A stretch of 64,000 nucleotides of DNA from the human T2T-CHM13v2.0 reference genome, Homo sapiens, in the NCBI RefSeq assembly GCF_009914755.1, contig NC_060925.1; one strand, 5' to 3'. The position numbers and the translations under genes were made by a program. The notes below the pieces were generated by a model. It did no database searches, was not told the origin of the DNA, and saw only the letters and a program-made list of their open reading frames with translations. Below are positions 22,980-48,187 of the stretch, in pieces (the stretch's first letter is position 1; each line of letters opens with the position of its first letter).

Positions 22980-24156
22980 TCCCCAGATTTTAATCCTTCC
23001 TCTTTAATTGTCAATAATGGCACTATCACCACTTACCAACTTAGAGTCAGCAAATTAAGGGTCACTTTAGAATTTCACTTACCATACATACTTTTTCTCC
23101 TTCCTAAATAATCACTGACAGGAAGCAGAGAAGGGAAGGCAGTCCTATACTTACAGCTTTTCTCACTATTTTTTCCCTTTCCTTGTTGAAGTGAGGAAAC
23201 ATGGCTACATTGAGGCTGTGTACAGACGTACAAATTAAAAATGTGAGCTTTTGTTCTGCATTCTTTGACAGTGTTTTGTCTTGCCCTCCTATGCTCACTG
23301 CTATTCCTTGATGTTCCTTGCTCTCTTCTTCTAACCTCAACCTCAGTATGATTTAGCCAGAGAATCAGTCAAGGGATTGATGGATGGTAGAAGCTTAAAT
23401 GTAAGTCCCTATAATATGTAAGTGGCCAGGATTTTGTTAGTTTGGGTTAGTTAACAAAGACAGCAGCTCAGTTTTGATTTGTCCCTCTTGTTCTTCAGCC
23501 ACGAATTAGAACCTGTAGACTATGACTAGAGAGAATTGAATCAAGTGATCAATTAAGTTTCACGCATCAGGATGTTCCATGTTGCAGATGACAGAAAACT
23601 CAGCCCAAACTGATTTAATAAAGGAATTTTGTTGGCATACATAAGCAATAGTCCAAAGATAGGTCAATCTTTTAGTCATGGCTTGATAAGGGCTCACACT
23701 CTGTAGTTAATCTTCACAATAATAATAAATGAAATATTTGCATGAAAACTTAAGAATTAATGAAATTGCATAGTTTGTTCTCCTCACCTCAGAGTCAGAC
23801 TTACTGCGTTTCACATCCCTGTTCCCTTGGTAGCTATTTTGAGTGTCTGGTATCTTAGTTTCCCTCTCTGTGTTTTTTTGTCTCCAATTGGCCACCCAGG
23901 CAGCATCTTTCCCTTGGAAGCCCTGCACTGGCTTAGGTCTGCTCTTCCTAAATGAGTTACTGATGGTGAGATAGAATTACCAGGATTGGCTTGGCCTAAT
24001 TAAAACCCACCTCTAGGCTGGGCGCGTAATACCTGAGGATAGTTATTACATTTTAGTCATCCTTACGTTCCCAGTGCTTAGTACATAGTATGTGCTCAGT
24101 AAATGTTTAGTGATAACTGGGTTTTATCAGCAGTCTAAATTGCTTTAGATAAGTTA

Positions 24157-24510
24157 TGCTATGGTTTTGAATGTTTGTCCTCTCCAAAACTCATGTTGAA
24201 ATTTACAGGCCTGGCCAGCCACAATGGCTCATGCCTGTAATCCCAGCACTTTGGGAGGCTGAGGCGGGCAGATCACTGAAGGTCAGGAGTTCAAGTCCAG
24301 CCTGGCCAACATGGTAAAACCCCATCTCTACTAAAAATACAAAAATTAACCAGGCATGGTGGTGGGTGCCTGTAATCCCAGCTACTCAGGGGGCTAAAGC
24401 AGGGGAATTGCTTGAACCTTGGAGGTGGAGGTTGCAGTGAGCCAAGATTGCATCACTGTACTTCAGCCTAGAGCATCAAAGCAAGACCCTCTCCCCGCAA
24501 AAAAAAAAAA
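24157..24510 (+). mobile_element. Short MaLR (MST-like) LTR start followed by a sense Alu
   Basis: TGCTATGGTTTTGAATGTTTGTCC...AAAACTCATGTTGAAAT, then Alu ~24212-24510. Confidence 0.75.
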
Positions 24511-24847
24511 CACACCTCTGGAGCTGAGGTCAGTCTAAACTGGAGAGCTGCTATAGCATGGGGTCAGATAAAAAGGTTTTGGTGGGTGAGTATGATGTCA
24601 GCTATATTTCATGCTGACCAGAACAAGCAAAAATAACAAAAAAAGAGCAAAGTGGTAACTTTCAAATGAGAAATATTTTACAGTATAACAAGTCCCTAAC
24701 TAAGAATATTCCAAAGTTAAATGATGCATCAAAAAATTAGTCTCTTTGTTTTCATAGTGTCTGACCTGGAAGGAAAAATAAAATCAAATTCTGGGTAAGT
24801 AGGATGAAATATTTTAATTATACTATTCTAAAAATGTGTGCATCCAG

Positions 24848-24948
24848 GTGATTCTGAACAGCTCTCAAATGGCATAACTGTGATGCATCCATCTGGTGAT
24901 AGTGACACAACGATGTTAGAATCTGAATGTCAAGCTCCTGTACAGAAG
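24848..24948 (+). CDS. BRDT: BRDT coding exon
   Basis: tccag|GT ... AAG|gtaaaa; (G)DSEQLSNGITVMHPSGDSDTTMLESECQAPVQK; 101 nt, phase 1-0. Confidence 0.92.
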
Positions 24949-25103
24949 GTAAAAGTAATTTTTTTTTTCTAACAAATCTTGAAGGGATTTGAAATTGGGT
25001 TTGGAAGTGGTACAAGAGGTATTTAAAAGCCCTGACTTAAATGAAATGTTGGATCTCTAAGCCTAATTTTTGCCTACGTAATTTTTTGAAAAAGTACTTC
25101 TGA

Positions 25104-25465
<362 letters not shown>

Positions 25466-26259
25466 CTTTTGTTTGTGTTTAATTGAAAGTTCTATAATGT
25501 TGATATTTGCCAGTGATCTCAATTTTAAAGCATGTCATAAAACCATCTTTTAGAATCTATTCTAGGGATATCTAAGAAATCCAAGGGATTTCCTAATGGA
25601 GTCTTAATGTCTACTTAATCTTCAAATTATATACTGATATCATTCTTTCAACAAATATTCTAGATGATGGGGATACATTAAGATACATAAGGTACTGTTC
25701 AAGGTGTTTTCAGAAACTATGAAAGGAATATTTTTATATATTTTTTCTCTATCCCCCTCCATCCCTCTGTTCCATTACCCTCTACTTCTTACCTTTTCCT
25801 TGCAAGTACTTTAGAGGACAAATCTAAAGGTGAGAAGGTGGAAGGTGAGATGCTTTAGTTGAGTGAGTCATAGAACTAGTAATTAGCCCATTCCATAGGT
25901 AGAGACAAAAACAGGTTTTATTGACAACTTACAGGAAAGCACAACTGGCTAATCATTGGTGATTGGTAAAGGTCATTGTGTTGGGGACAGGGAGGGATGT
26001 TTTGACTCCTTTTATTACTTCAGGATAGAAATAAAAGGCCTATAAATATATCTAGTCATACATTTTCTTTTGCCTTATATGGGGCCCTAGACAAGTTTTC
26101 TCCTCATATTTCATGGAAATACATCAAAAGTGCAATCAAGCATAATTATTAAGGAGATAATTATTTTTAGAAATTCAGCAGAAGATGTTTTAGTATTGCA
26201 CAGCCCTCTTTCCGTATTATAGATGGACAGGTTTAACTGTAGAAAGGGCCATCTAGACT

Positions 26260-26690
26260 TGTGCTTATCTAATATGGTAGCCTCTGGTCACATGTGGCTA
26301 ATTGAGCCCTTGACATGTAGCTAAAGGAGCTAAGTTTTAAAATTTGTCTTTTAATTAAAATTTAAAATGGACACAATTCAGTTTCGGAAGACTTAGATGT
26401 GTTTGGAACAGTTTGACTATACATAACTAGTTTTTCAACTGTGAATTTTATGAAATCTAATTATAGATCAATTGTTTCTAGTAGGAATTTAGCATTTGAA
26501 GTTGAAATGTCCTACAAATGTAAATTGGGATGACTTAGTATGAAAAAATACTTTATGTCTTTTATATTGATTACCTGTTGAAATAATGCTTTGGGTATAT
26601 TTGGTTAAATAAATATATTAAATTTACTTAAATTTTTAAAACGTGGCTATTAGAAAACATTAAATTACATATATTTCTGGTGGGCAGCAC
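26260..26690. mobile_element. hAT-Charlie DNA transposon fossil (MER33/MER3-like)
   Basis: AATATGGTAGCC...CACATGTGGCTA...TGAGC start and GTGGCTATTAGAAAA...AAATTACATA...GGGCAGCACT end. Confidence 0.6.
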
Positions 26691-27212
26691 TAACCTCAAC
26701 CATGGTGTATCTTGTTTAAGAAGAGCAGTCACATCACTTAAGTTTTTTCTTCTTAACCACCAAAAGGAAAAATATATCCATGTCAGAGGACTCTCAACAA
26801 ACTCCATGGCATTTTTAGGGTACAATCTTACTTTGCCTCTTATTAATCCTTTGAGCATTTTCTTTATTTTCCCTATAGGATAATAAGTATCTTGATTACA
26901 CTGAGGGATTTATTTATTTTTATGCTTTCTGCAAATTATGCAGTTAATATATATGTCTTAAAATAATTGGCAAGTGTGCTACTTTAATGTGGTCTCAGAT
27001 TAATAATTGAGTTTAGATGATCTATTATGTTTTTGTATTTTTTTTCTAACTTTAGTAACCTTTGACTTTAGTAACCTTTTACTTTAGTAAAAGTACATGA
27101 AGCCCTTTAGAATCTTAATTAGATCTATTGCTGTATCATCAAAAAATGTTTTCTTCCTTCCAAAATTTGGTTAACATCTGTAGACATAGACTGAACCAAA
27201 TATTTGTTTTAG

Positions 27213-27418
27213 GATATAAAGATTAAGAATGCAGATTCATGGAAAAGTTTAGGCAAACCAGTGAAACCATCAGGTGTAATGAAATCCTCAGATGAGCTCT
27301 TCAACCAATTTAGAAAAGCAGCCATAGAAAAGGAAGTAAAAGCTCGGACACAGGAACTCATACGGAAGCATTTGGAACAAAATACAAAGGAACTAAAAGC
27401 ATCTCAAGAAAATCAGAG
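27213..27418 (+). CDS. BRDT: BRDT coding exon
   Basis: tttag|GAT ... AGAG|gtctgt; DIKIKNADSWKSLGK...FNQFRKAAIEKEVK... resembles the BRD4 C-terminal region; 206 nt. Confidence 0.95.
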
Positions 27419-27917
27419 GTCTGTAATTTACTGGATTAAAGGAGGGTTTGGGAGATATAGAATGTATTTTAAATACATTAAATTTCTTATTTGTTAAGTG
27501 ACTATGATTCAACTGTTTAGTAGAACACAGAGCAAATTGTAATTGCAAAAAGTACATTTGATACTTTTTCTAAGTGATGATATCTCTTTTGAAGACAAAT
27601 AATCAAGGGATTAAGCTACTAAAGATACTAATTACTAAATTATATAGTCATTATTTTACAGAAATGTCTTAAAGTTTTTCTGGTCTATGTGTTAGAAGAT
27701 AGTGGTTCATCTTGGCCACAGTTTTCCAAAACCATTTATTTGTTAATATGGATTAGCCTATGTGTAATTTGATGCATCAAAAATAAAGCTTAAAATAATG
27801 TTATAACATGAACATGGTTGTCTTAATATATGGCTTTATATTTGTCATTTAATAACATTTTTGTAATACTTTTAAGGAACTTGAAACCTACTTTGAGCTA
27901 TACTTTTTTTCTTTAAG

Positions 27918-28098
27918 GGATCTTGGGAATGGATTGACTGTAGAATCTTTTTCAAATAAAATACAAAACAAGTGCTCTGGAGAAGAGCAGAAAGAACATC
28001 AGCAGTCATCAGAAGCTCAAGATAAATCCAAACTCTGGCTTCTCAAAGACCGTGATTTAGCAAGGCAGAAAGAACAAGAGAGGAGGAGGAGAGAAGCA
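27918..28098 (+). CDS. BRDT: BRDT coding exon
   Basis: ttaag|G ... GCA|gtaagt; (R)DLGNGLTVESF...DRDLARQKEQERRRREA, start of the BET C-terminal motif; 181 nt. Confidence 0.95.
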
Positions 28099-28779
28099 GT
28101 AAGTGAATTTTAGTTTACTAAATCTAATTTAACAAGGGAAAGATTTAACAGAGCACTGTCTTTTGTATGTTCAAGGATGCATTTGGGGTAATTTTTCAGT
28201 GACAGTGGACTTACCTCTTTAGTGAGGATCAGGTTCTAAAATTAAAGCTTAAAATAAAAAAATTCATAGCCAAAGGAGGCAATGCAATAATAGAGTATTG
28301 ATCCTGGAAGTACTAGACTACCTGAGTTAAAATGATGATTTTGGAGGCGGGAGGATCTTTTGAGGCCAGGAGTTAGAGGCTGCAGGGAGCTATGATCACA
28401 CCACTACACTCCAGTGTGGGTGACAGAGCAACATGGTGCTCTCAAACAAACAAAAAAAGATGGTCTGCCTATTTACTAGACTCTTAGACCTCGGCAATTA
28501 TCTAACTCCCTAAAGTGGGAATAATAATACCTATTGTGAAGGTGAAATGAATGAGCATGTATTAAGCACATAGGAAAATGCCTAGCACTAGGTGAAGTGA
28601 TTTATCACTTACTATTGTTACTGTTTAAAAATCTGTAAACCACCTATGAATTGTGGCCAGAAGATGTGCCATCTGTTCCTGGTCAGCATTTCTTCGGTTG
28701 ACTGCTAGATTAAGAAGCTGACTTTCACTTAGGAGTCCTAATATGCAGAAAATAATATTTTAAAAGCTACAGTTGATTC

Positions 28780-33780
<5,001 letters not shown>

Positions 33781-34287
33781 TTTTTTTCCCAGCAATCTCA
33801 GTCACATAGAACTGGATATTTTTGTAATCCTAGGAAAAACGTGTAAATTCATAGGACATATAAGAACATTAGTTTGAGAAGAGAACAGCCATTGGCTTTA
33901 GCTATAGTATTGGTTAAAGTACAAATTAATTTTCTAGGGAATAACAAAAGTTCTGTCAGCCACGTATTTTATAATACTAAGGTAGAAACAAATTGCATTT
34001 AATAGTGCTGTACATTTAACATATGGTGAAGTTTACTTTAGAGCAGTGTGATCTTAGTGGAACTTTCTACAATGATAGAAATATGCTTTATCCATTCAAA
34101 CATACTAGCAAATAGCCACATAGGGCTGTTGAGCACGGGAAATGTAGCTAATGCAACTAAGGAACTGAATTTTAAACTTTAATTTTAATGAACTCAATTT
34201 TAAATAGAAACTTTTTGGTATTGTCTTTTTGGAGGTTTTTAGGAACTCATTGTTAAATTTCGTTAGTAGTTGACCTAAAGTCTTTCT

Positions 34288-34344
34288 TTTTTTTTTCCTG
34301 AGATGTAGTCTGTGGGATTACAGGCGTGAGCTACCACGCCCAGC
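34288..34344 (-). mobile_element. Collapsed mini-Alu (only both termini left)
   Basis: Poly-T, Alu 3' end, then Alu 5' ~32 nt; 17-bp TSD TGACCTAAAGTCTTTCT. Confidence 0.85.
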
Positions 34345-34832
34345 TGACCTAAAGTCTTTCTGTAGTGATGTAAAATGTTTCCTGTTGGCACTCACACGGG
34401 CCTGACTTAAGTCACCCCCAAGTGATTTCACTGCACCCTAGTTGCGGCCCAACAACACAACTAGGTAACCTGATAAATTTCCCAATATCCTAAGCACTTT
34501 TCTGGAACATGACTAGACTAGGAACCCACTGAAAGCTGACTAATGATGTTACATCTAGCAGCTTGATAACTAACAACCCGACCTTGGATCTATTTGCTAT
34601 CATTTTTGACAGCCCAGCCTCTTGCTGCCAGTCGAAAGAGCCATACTCTATAAAGCAATAATAACTTGACACTTAGCAGAGTTCCCAAACGTTTACCTCA
34701 TGCCAGTTACCTTGACCAAACTTTTGATCTTAAATTTGAACAGTTGAAGAGTGTATTTAGGACCACACAGTAAGGAATAGCCAGCTTATGGTGTCAGCTA
34801 TGGGGAGCATTAGTATTAAAAATCATGGTATT

Positions 34833-36142
<1,310 letters not shown>

Positions 36143-37012
36143 TCAAATACTTTCAGTAGGTAAATCACAATTCCAAATATTTTCCCACATAGCTAATGAG
36201 AATGCTAATTCCCATTCAAGAAGCCAACCAACTGATTGCAAATTGGTGCTTTTACCTACCACTCTGGTCTGTTGCTGTTTATTGATTTATTTTTTAAAAA
36301 TAATTTTGTGAACTTTAATATTTGGTGTCATCTCAGATGCTAAAGAATATCTATAAGGGCAGTTAGAAAAGGCTTCAGAATATAGTTGACATTTGTTTCC
36401 TTTGTCTTAATTAGCTTTTTCTCTACTTTGGCTTATTTTTTAAACAGCTTTTTCGTGATTAATATGGCATTTTGCTGAATGTTACATGTAATCTGATTCT
36501 TCATAAATGCCTATACATAGAATAGACTAGGTTACACAGTTAGTAAGTGGCAGAATCAAGGAAAGCCCATAGTTTTAGCATTACATATTATAGTTATCTC
36601 ACATAACAAAGATATTGGTTCATTCAGAAAGTAATTTTGTGTGTCTGGCATTATGCTGGGTTTAGAAGTAAGACAGTGTGCTCTCAGCGTTCATGTTCTT
36701 ATTCATACCCACTCTGTCAACATTGAACTTTCTCTTTTACTTGTAGGGAGGGGTCAAACTTATTCTTAGTGTTCTTGTAGGTTTTGTTTTTTATTTATTA
36801 CATGAACAATATATTAACAAATCAGGTAATATTTGAACAGAAATAATTATGTACAAATTTATTGTTCAACCTGAGAAAATAAAAATTAAAAAATTATTGA
36901 ATAGTTTTCTTTTGTATGATTTGTTCCTAAATGTTGCATAATCATTATTGTATAGTTGTAGTAAAGACATACATTTTTAAAGTAATATTAAAATTTTCTG
37001 CTTTTTCTACAG

Positions 37013-37081
37013 ATGGTGGGTACCATTGATATGACCCTTCAAAGTGACATTATGACAATGTTTGAAAACAACTTTGATTAA
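37013..37081 (+). CDS. BRDT: BRDT last coding exon, C-terminal (P-TEFb-binding) motif and stop
   Basis: tacag|ATG; MVGTIDMTLQSDIMTMFENNFD* (TAA 37079-37081), homologous to the BRD4 terminal TIDMNFQSDLLSIFEENLF motif. Confidence 0.97.
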   Translation: MVGTIDMTLQSDIMTMFENNFD

Positions 37082-37207
37082 AACTCAGTTTTTAAATTAA
37101 CCATCAACTTAAAATGAATGGTAAAAGATCAAAATGCATATGGTAAAATGATTGCTTTCAGATAACAAGATACCAATCTTATATTGTATTTTGACTGCTC
37201 TAAAATG

Positions 37208-37213
37208 ATTAAA
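37208..37213 (+). terminator. BRDT: Probable BRDT polyadenylation signal ATTAAA (3'UTR about 150 nt)
   Basis: ATTAAA ~127 nt after the stop, a CA at ~37227-37228 and a T-rich tract downstream. Confidence 0.65.
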
Positions 37214-37655
37214 CAGTTTTCACTTACATTTTTAATAGCTATATGCTTATTTTTTAAACGACATAATTCAAAGGAAATTTAATAATTTTGGATCCCTAAA
37301 AATTGGACAAATTCCCAGATATTCGTTCATTCTATAAATAATTGTCTATATATTATAGGCCCTGTACTAAGCAATGAAAATCCAAAAGATAGCTCCTGCT
37401 TGTTTAAAAATGAAGAGTATGACTTTTCTAATTCAATAAGTGAAAAATAATGAAGAATATATGAAAGTGTATAAAAAACATAGTTCCTGTTGAGTTTTTA
37501 ACTTTTAAAACAAATATTCGTCTGCCTTCAAAAATATTTAGATTCTAACAAATAATACTTGGTTTCACTGAATGTCAGATTTCATAAGATTCTCAGCTGG
37601 TTCTATATTAAAAATTTATATTGAAATGTAGTTTTAAAGAAATATTGGCTGGAAC

Positions 37656-38940
<1,285 letters not shown>

Positions 38941-39454
38941 AGTGATAGTGTATTCTTATCCAACTATACCTCTTTTAATTAAGAAATCAGTTTGTGCTAA
39001 ACAGTACAGATTGTCCTATGATTATATATATATATAAAATTTTATTTACATAATATAAAAGATTATAGAGAGCTATGTTTGGTTATTCTGTTTAACTGAC
39101 TTGGCACTTAACCTCTTCTTAGGCTATAAGGGGCCTGGCACATTGCAGATAATCAACAAACTTTTAGTGGGTTAAAGTCAGTTTAGCAAATAAAAGTCAA
39201 TACCATTAGTTTATAACCAATGCTTCCTATGTTATACATTATTTTTAGTAAAAGATTGGCTTCTCTTAACATCATGCATATAACTGTCTTCAACAAAAGC
39301 CTGATTTTGTGAAGACTCCGTTTCTGGCCCCATCTCACACCTGCTCCAACTCCTAGAACCTTTTTTTATTGTGTTTTCTAGAATCCGTGATAAGTCATCA
39401 ATGATGTTCTCTACATAGTGAATCCTTTTGCTTTTTTCTTTCTTTTGTTCTGAG

Positions 39455-39632
39455 TTGTTCTGAATGTGTAGTCCCTGGACCACACAGCAATGCTTGGGAA
39501 CTTTTTAGAAATGCAGATTCTCAGACTTAAGTCTTACTAAATCGGAAACTCTGGGTGTGGGGTCCAGCAATCTATAGTTGAACTAACCATCTAGGTCATT
39601 CTTGTACACACTGAAGTTTGAGATTCCCCTGC
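39455..39632. mobile_element. MER5A-like DNA transposon fossil
   Basis: TAGAAATGCAGATTCTCAG...AAATCGGAAACTCTGGGTGTGGGGTCCAGCAATCT...ACACTGAAGTTTGAGA. Confidence 0.75.
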
Positions 39633-40146
39633 TCTCACAGAACTCTGGCTGTCTCCTGCAGCCTCTCATTTGGTGCTTGCTCTTGTGGTTTTTCTTATCT
39701 TTGTAGTGCTGCTTGTAGACCATTCTCTTTCTCACCTCCCTCCTCCCTAAAAACTTCCGTCTTAAAATTTTTCGTGATCATCAGACTATACCACCCATTG
39801 TCATTTACCATTCCTGGTTCACTCTTGTTCTCAGAGATTTTAGTCTCTACCTCACCGTCACTCTCCAAATGATACTTCTCAGTCCTTTGACCTCTCTGCT
39901 AATGATCTGGAGTAGCAAGATCAGCCTCAGCCACTCACTCCTTTGTCATTACTGATAACAAAAACCCTTAATCTCAGTTTCAAGCATCCTATTCTCTCAC
40001 TACTTTCTCCTATCTTTTTTCTAGCATACTCCTTATAGGTCCTTGACGCCAACAATCCTTAGACCTCATGAAGACCTACAATCCATTAATCCTAGTGTTT
40101 TCGCAGCTCCTCTCCTTTCATGCCCTCACTTCTGTGCTTATCCTAA

Positions 40147-42898
<2,752 letters not shown>

Positions 42899-43926
42899 TG
42901 AATGAACAGGGGTTTCTTTAATTTGCATTTCCCAGACTACAGGTGGAGTTGATTGTCTTATGTTTGTTTGCCATGTGACTTGCCTGCTCATCCTTTTGGG
43001 ATATCTTTTTCTTATCAATTTGTACTCTGGTTTTTAATCTGTTGTTTGTCCCTCAGAACTTGTCTTTTTTTTTTTTTCATTAAAATTTTAAATTTTGTAT
43101 AGTCAAACTTTTCCTCTATTGTGTCTGATATATTATGCCTTGCTTAGGAATGTATTCTCACATCAAGATGCTAAATAAAATATTCTTATATCTTTTGCAC
43201 TTAAAATCCAGGTATAATTAATTTTTACACTAAAAGTCCAGATGTATTGAAGATATTTTTACGTATGGTATGAGGTAGAGAACCAGCTTTCTTTTTTCCC
43301 CAAATGAATTGTCAGTTATGCTACCTCTGAATTGCTTAACTATGGCCGTTTACTACTGAGCCTCTGAATTGCTTCACTGTCACTCTATGAGAAATTTTAT
43401 AATTACTCTAAGTTGCAAAAATTGAGTGAACTAAAATTAGAATTTTGATTGAGATTAGTTAGAATTAAACTTAGAAACCTATCAACTTTATTTCCAGTTT
43501 TACAAATATATCCTGCATGGATATATTTTTCTGAGGCACAACCCGTCTCAGAAGAGGTGAGGGGGTTCCCAGGTTTTTCACCCTCAAATTAGCTGGGAGC
43601 AGAGCAGTCAGCAGCTGGGATGGTGGGATTTGCTTTAGGTTAGATGCTTGGAGCCACATTAACATGCTAATTGTGCCATGGGCTAATGGTGAGGTGGGAA
43701 AGTTGAATGAAGGTCTTCAGGAAGCTAAAGGTCCCCAACTGGCTATTGGCAGAAGCAGGATCAAGATGAAGAAATTAGCTCATGATCAAAGGTGAATTAC
43801 ATTAAAAAGCAAGCTACAATAAGTAGAAGCAGAAATAATGAACAATAAATATAGACCCGCTAGCTTGCAACCCATTCTCCCTAGGACTTCAGTAGAACAG
43901 CTGTTTGTAAAATCTTTAAGACTTTT

Positions 43927-44207
43927 GGCCGGGTATGTTGTCTCACTCCTGTAACCCCAGCACTTTGGGAGGCCAAGGCAGGCAGATCACTTGAGATCAG
44001 GAGTTTGAGACCAGCCTGGCCAGCAGGGTGAAACCTCTTCTCTACTAAAAATACAAAAATTAGCCGGACGTGGTGGCACCCGCCTGTAATCCCAGCTACT
44101 CAGGAGGCTGAGGCAGGAGAATCACTTGAACCCAGGAGATGGAGGTTATGGTGAGCCAAGATCGCACCACTGCACTGCAGCCTGGGTGACAGAGCAAGAC
44201 TCCATTG

Positions 44208-44254
<47 letters not shown>
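43927..44254 (+). mobile_element. Alu (S-like) with A47 tail
   Basis: Alu consensus, TSD AAGACTTTT. Confidence 0.9.
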
Positions 44255-44256
<2 letters not shown>

Positions 44257-45200
44257 CTTTTGGGAGGAGGAGAATAGGCAGGTTAAAAAAAATGAAACTT
44301 CTAGGTAAGAAAATGTTGACATAGACTCAGTTTTTAAAAATCTCAATGGATAGGTTAAAACAATTAGACATAGGGGAAGAGAAAATTAATGGGTTAGAAG
44401 CTATATCCAAATAAAGATACCAGGATACATCACAGAGAGACAAGGAGAAGCAAAATAAAAAAAAAACCCTCAAAGGCAAAATATTTAGTATCTGACCTCT
44501 TATTGAAAAAATAAGTTTGCCAACCCCTGATCTACAGGATAGAATGGAAAGACCTAACATATATCTAAATTAGAGTCCTTGGAATCAACTACAAGAATAA
44601 GGAGGGTCATTATTTGAGGAGACAATAATTGTGATTTTCTTAAAATTTAAAAAAGTCATTTTATCCTGTAAGTGTAACATTCCAAACAAGATAATTAAGA
44701 AGAAATTCATACCTAAAACATTTTTCAGTGGCCTACACACCATAAGCAAAATTTTGCAAGCAGCAAGGGAAAAGCAGCTTATTTTTATTTTACCAAATAT
44801 AAACGAGTTATCAGTAACAATGAATACCAGAAACAGTAGAATTAAATCCTCAAAGTTTTGAGAGAAAAATAACTGTCGACTTGAAATATGGAGAAACTTT
44901 GGAGGGCTGTGATTTTTTTCCAGTATTAAACATGCATGTATTAATCTTATAGTTTATTTTCTTGTTGTATATCTATATATAGGTTTTCTCTGCAGCACAG
45001 TTTCTCTTAGTTGTTCCCTTAGGGCACAACTAGTTATCAGTGACTAAATGTATCTCAATCATACTTGTTTCTGTTTTTTTTCATTAACAAAGTTTATATA
45101 TATGTTAGCATATTTTTTTGTACCCTATTTGTGTCTGAACTATGTCACAGCAAAGTGTGTGCTGATAGGATTCTAAATTTGTATGGTTTAAAAACTTTTT

Positions 45201-46705
<1,505 letters not shown>

Positions 46706-46746
46706 TTTTTGAAAACAATTTAACATTATTTTATAAAATTGAATAG

Positions 46747-47147
46747 TGCTATGGTTTGGATACGTGTCCCCACCTAAATCTCATGTTGAAATGTAATTCC
46801 CAGTGCTGGAGGTGGGGTCTGGTAGAAGGTGATTGGATCATGGTGTTGGAGTCTTGATGAATGGTTTAGCATCATCCCCTCTTAGTACTGTATAGTGAGA
46901 GTTCTCACGAGATCTTTGTTGTTTAAAAATGTGTGGCACCTCCCCCTTCTCTCTCTTGCTCCTGCTTCTGCCACCTTGCCCCCCGCCCTTTGCCTTCTGC
47001 CATGATTAGAAGCTCTCTGGGGACTCCCCAAAAGCAGGAGCTACTATGCTTTCTATACAACCTGCAGGACCATGAGCCAATTAAATCTCTTTATAAGTTA
47101 CACAGTCTCAGGTTTTCTTTATAGCAATGAGCGAATAGACTAATACA
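46747..47147 (+). mobile_element. Solo MaLR LTR (MST family)
   Basis: TG...CA termini (TGCTATGGTTTGG...GACTAATACA), ~400 bp, 5-bp TSD AATAG (46742-46746/47148-47152). Confidence 0.88.
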
Positions 47148-48187
47148 AATAGTTCTGTAGTCATAACTGTGCAATTCGCTCAAAGTATATAACCTAGAGA
47201 AGCTATTACAAAACAGACTAAGGAGACATGTACAAGAATATACAAAACATATGCAAGGATCATAATAGGGAAAGAGGGAGAAGAGAGGGAGGAGGGAAGG
47301 AAAGACAGGACCAACCCAAATGCTTTTAATAGAAGAAGGAATAAACTATCATGATCTTACAGTGGAATATTATCAAAAATTAATTATATGCAATAATATG
47401 GGGGAATGATACAATGTTGAGCTCTCCTGCAATCTGGTGAATGCAGTTTCAATTTCTAATTGGTTAATGCTAGGATATGGAAAAACTATTGACTTTGTAT
47501 ACTTACCTTGTATCTAGACACCTTACCAAATTGTATTCTATTAATTTTTTAAGGTTTAAAGAAATATAATCTGCAAACAGCTATATTTTTGCCTCTTTTC
47601 CAATTTTTATGTAATTTTTAAAATTTATTTGGTTCTTTTTGGGTTATTTCCTTAGCTTGAATTTCCAAAAATAATGTTAAATAATAGAGCTAATAGCAAT
47701 CATTCTTTCTCATTCCCAACTCTTAAAATAGAGGATTTCACTATAGTTTACTGTTTTCTGGTTATGGTAATGTTTAAGCAGTGTCTTGCTACCTGGATTA
47801 ATTTAGCTTTTAAGGAATAGCTGCTGAATTTTGCCACATGCCTTTATTGGCATTTGTTGATATGTGGTTTTTCTTCTACAAATGTCGATATAGTTATGTT
47901 TATAGATTTCTTGATGTTGGACCATTCTTTCCTGAAATTAAACCTCCATAGTTGTATTATTCATATTATATACTGGTAGATTCAATTTCTAATATAATTA
48001 TGGAAACTATTTTCTTTTTTTTTTTAAATAGTTGTTGGTTTAATTTAATTAATTTGATATAGCTGACACAAATATCTACAAAACCAAATATAAATATCTG
48101 TGCCACCACTAAATACTATAATTGCTATTTTTCAGCAATTTTAGTAGACTGTCCTTGTACTGACACTTCACTTCTCAGTCTAATGGG

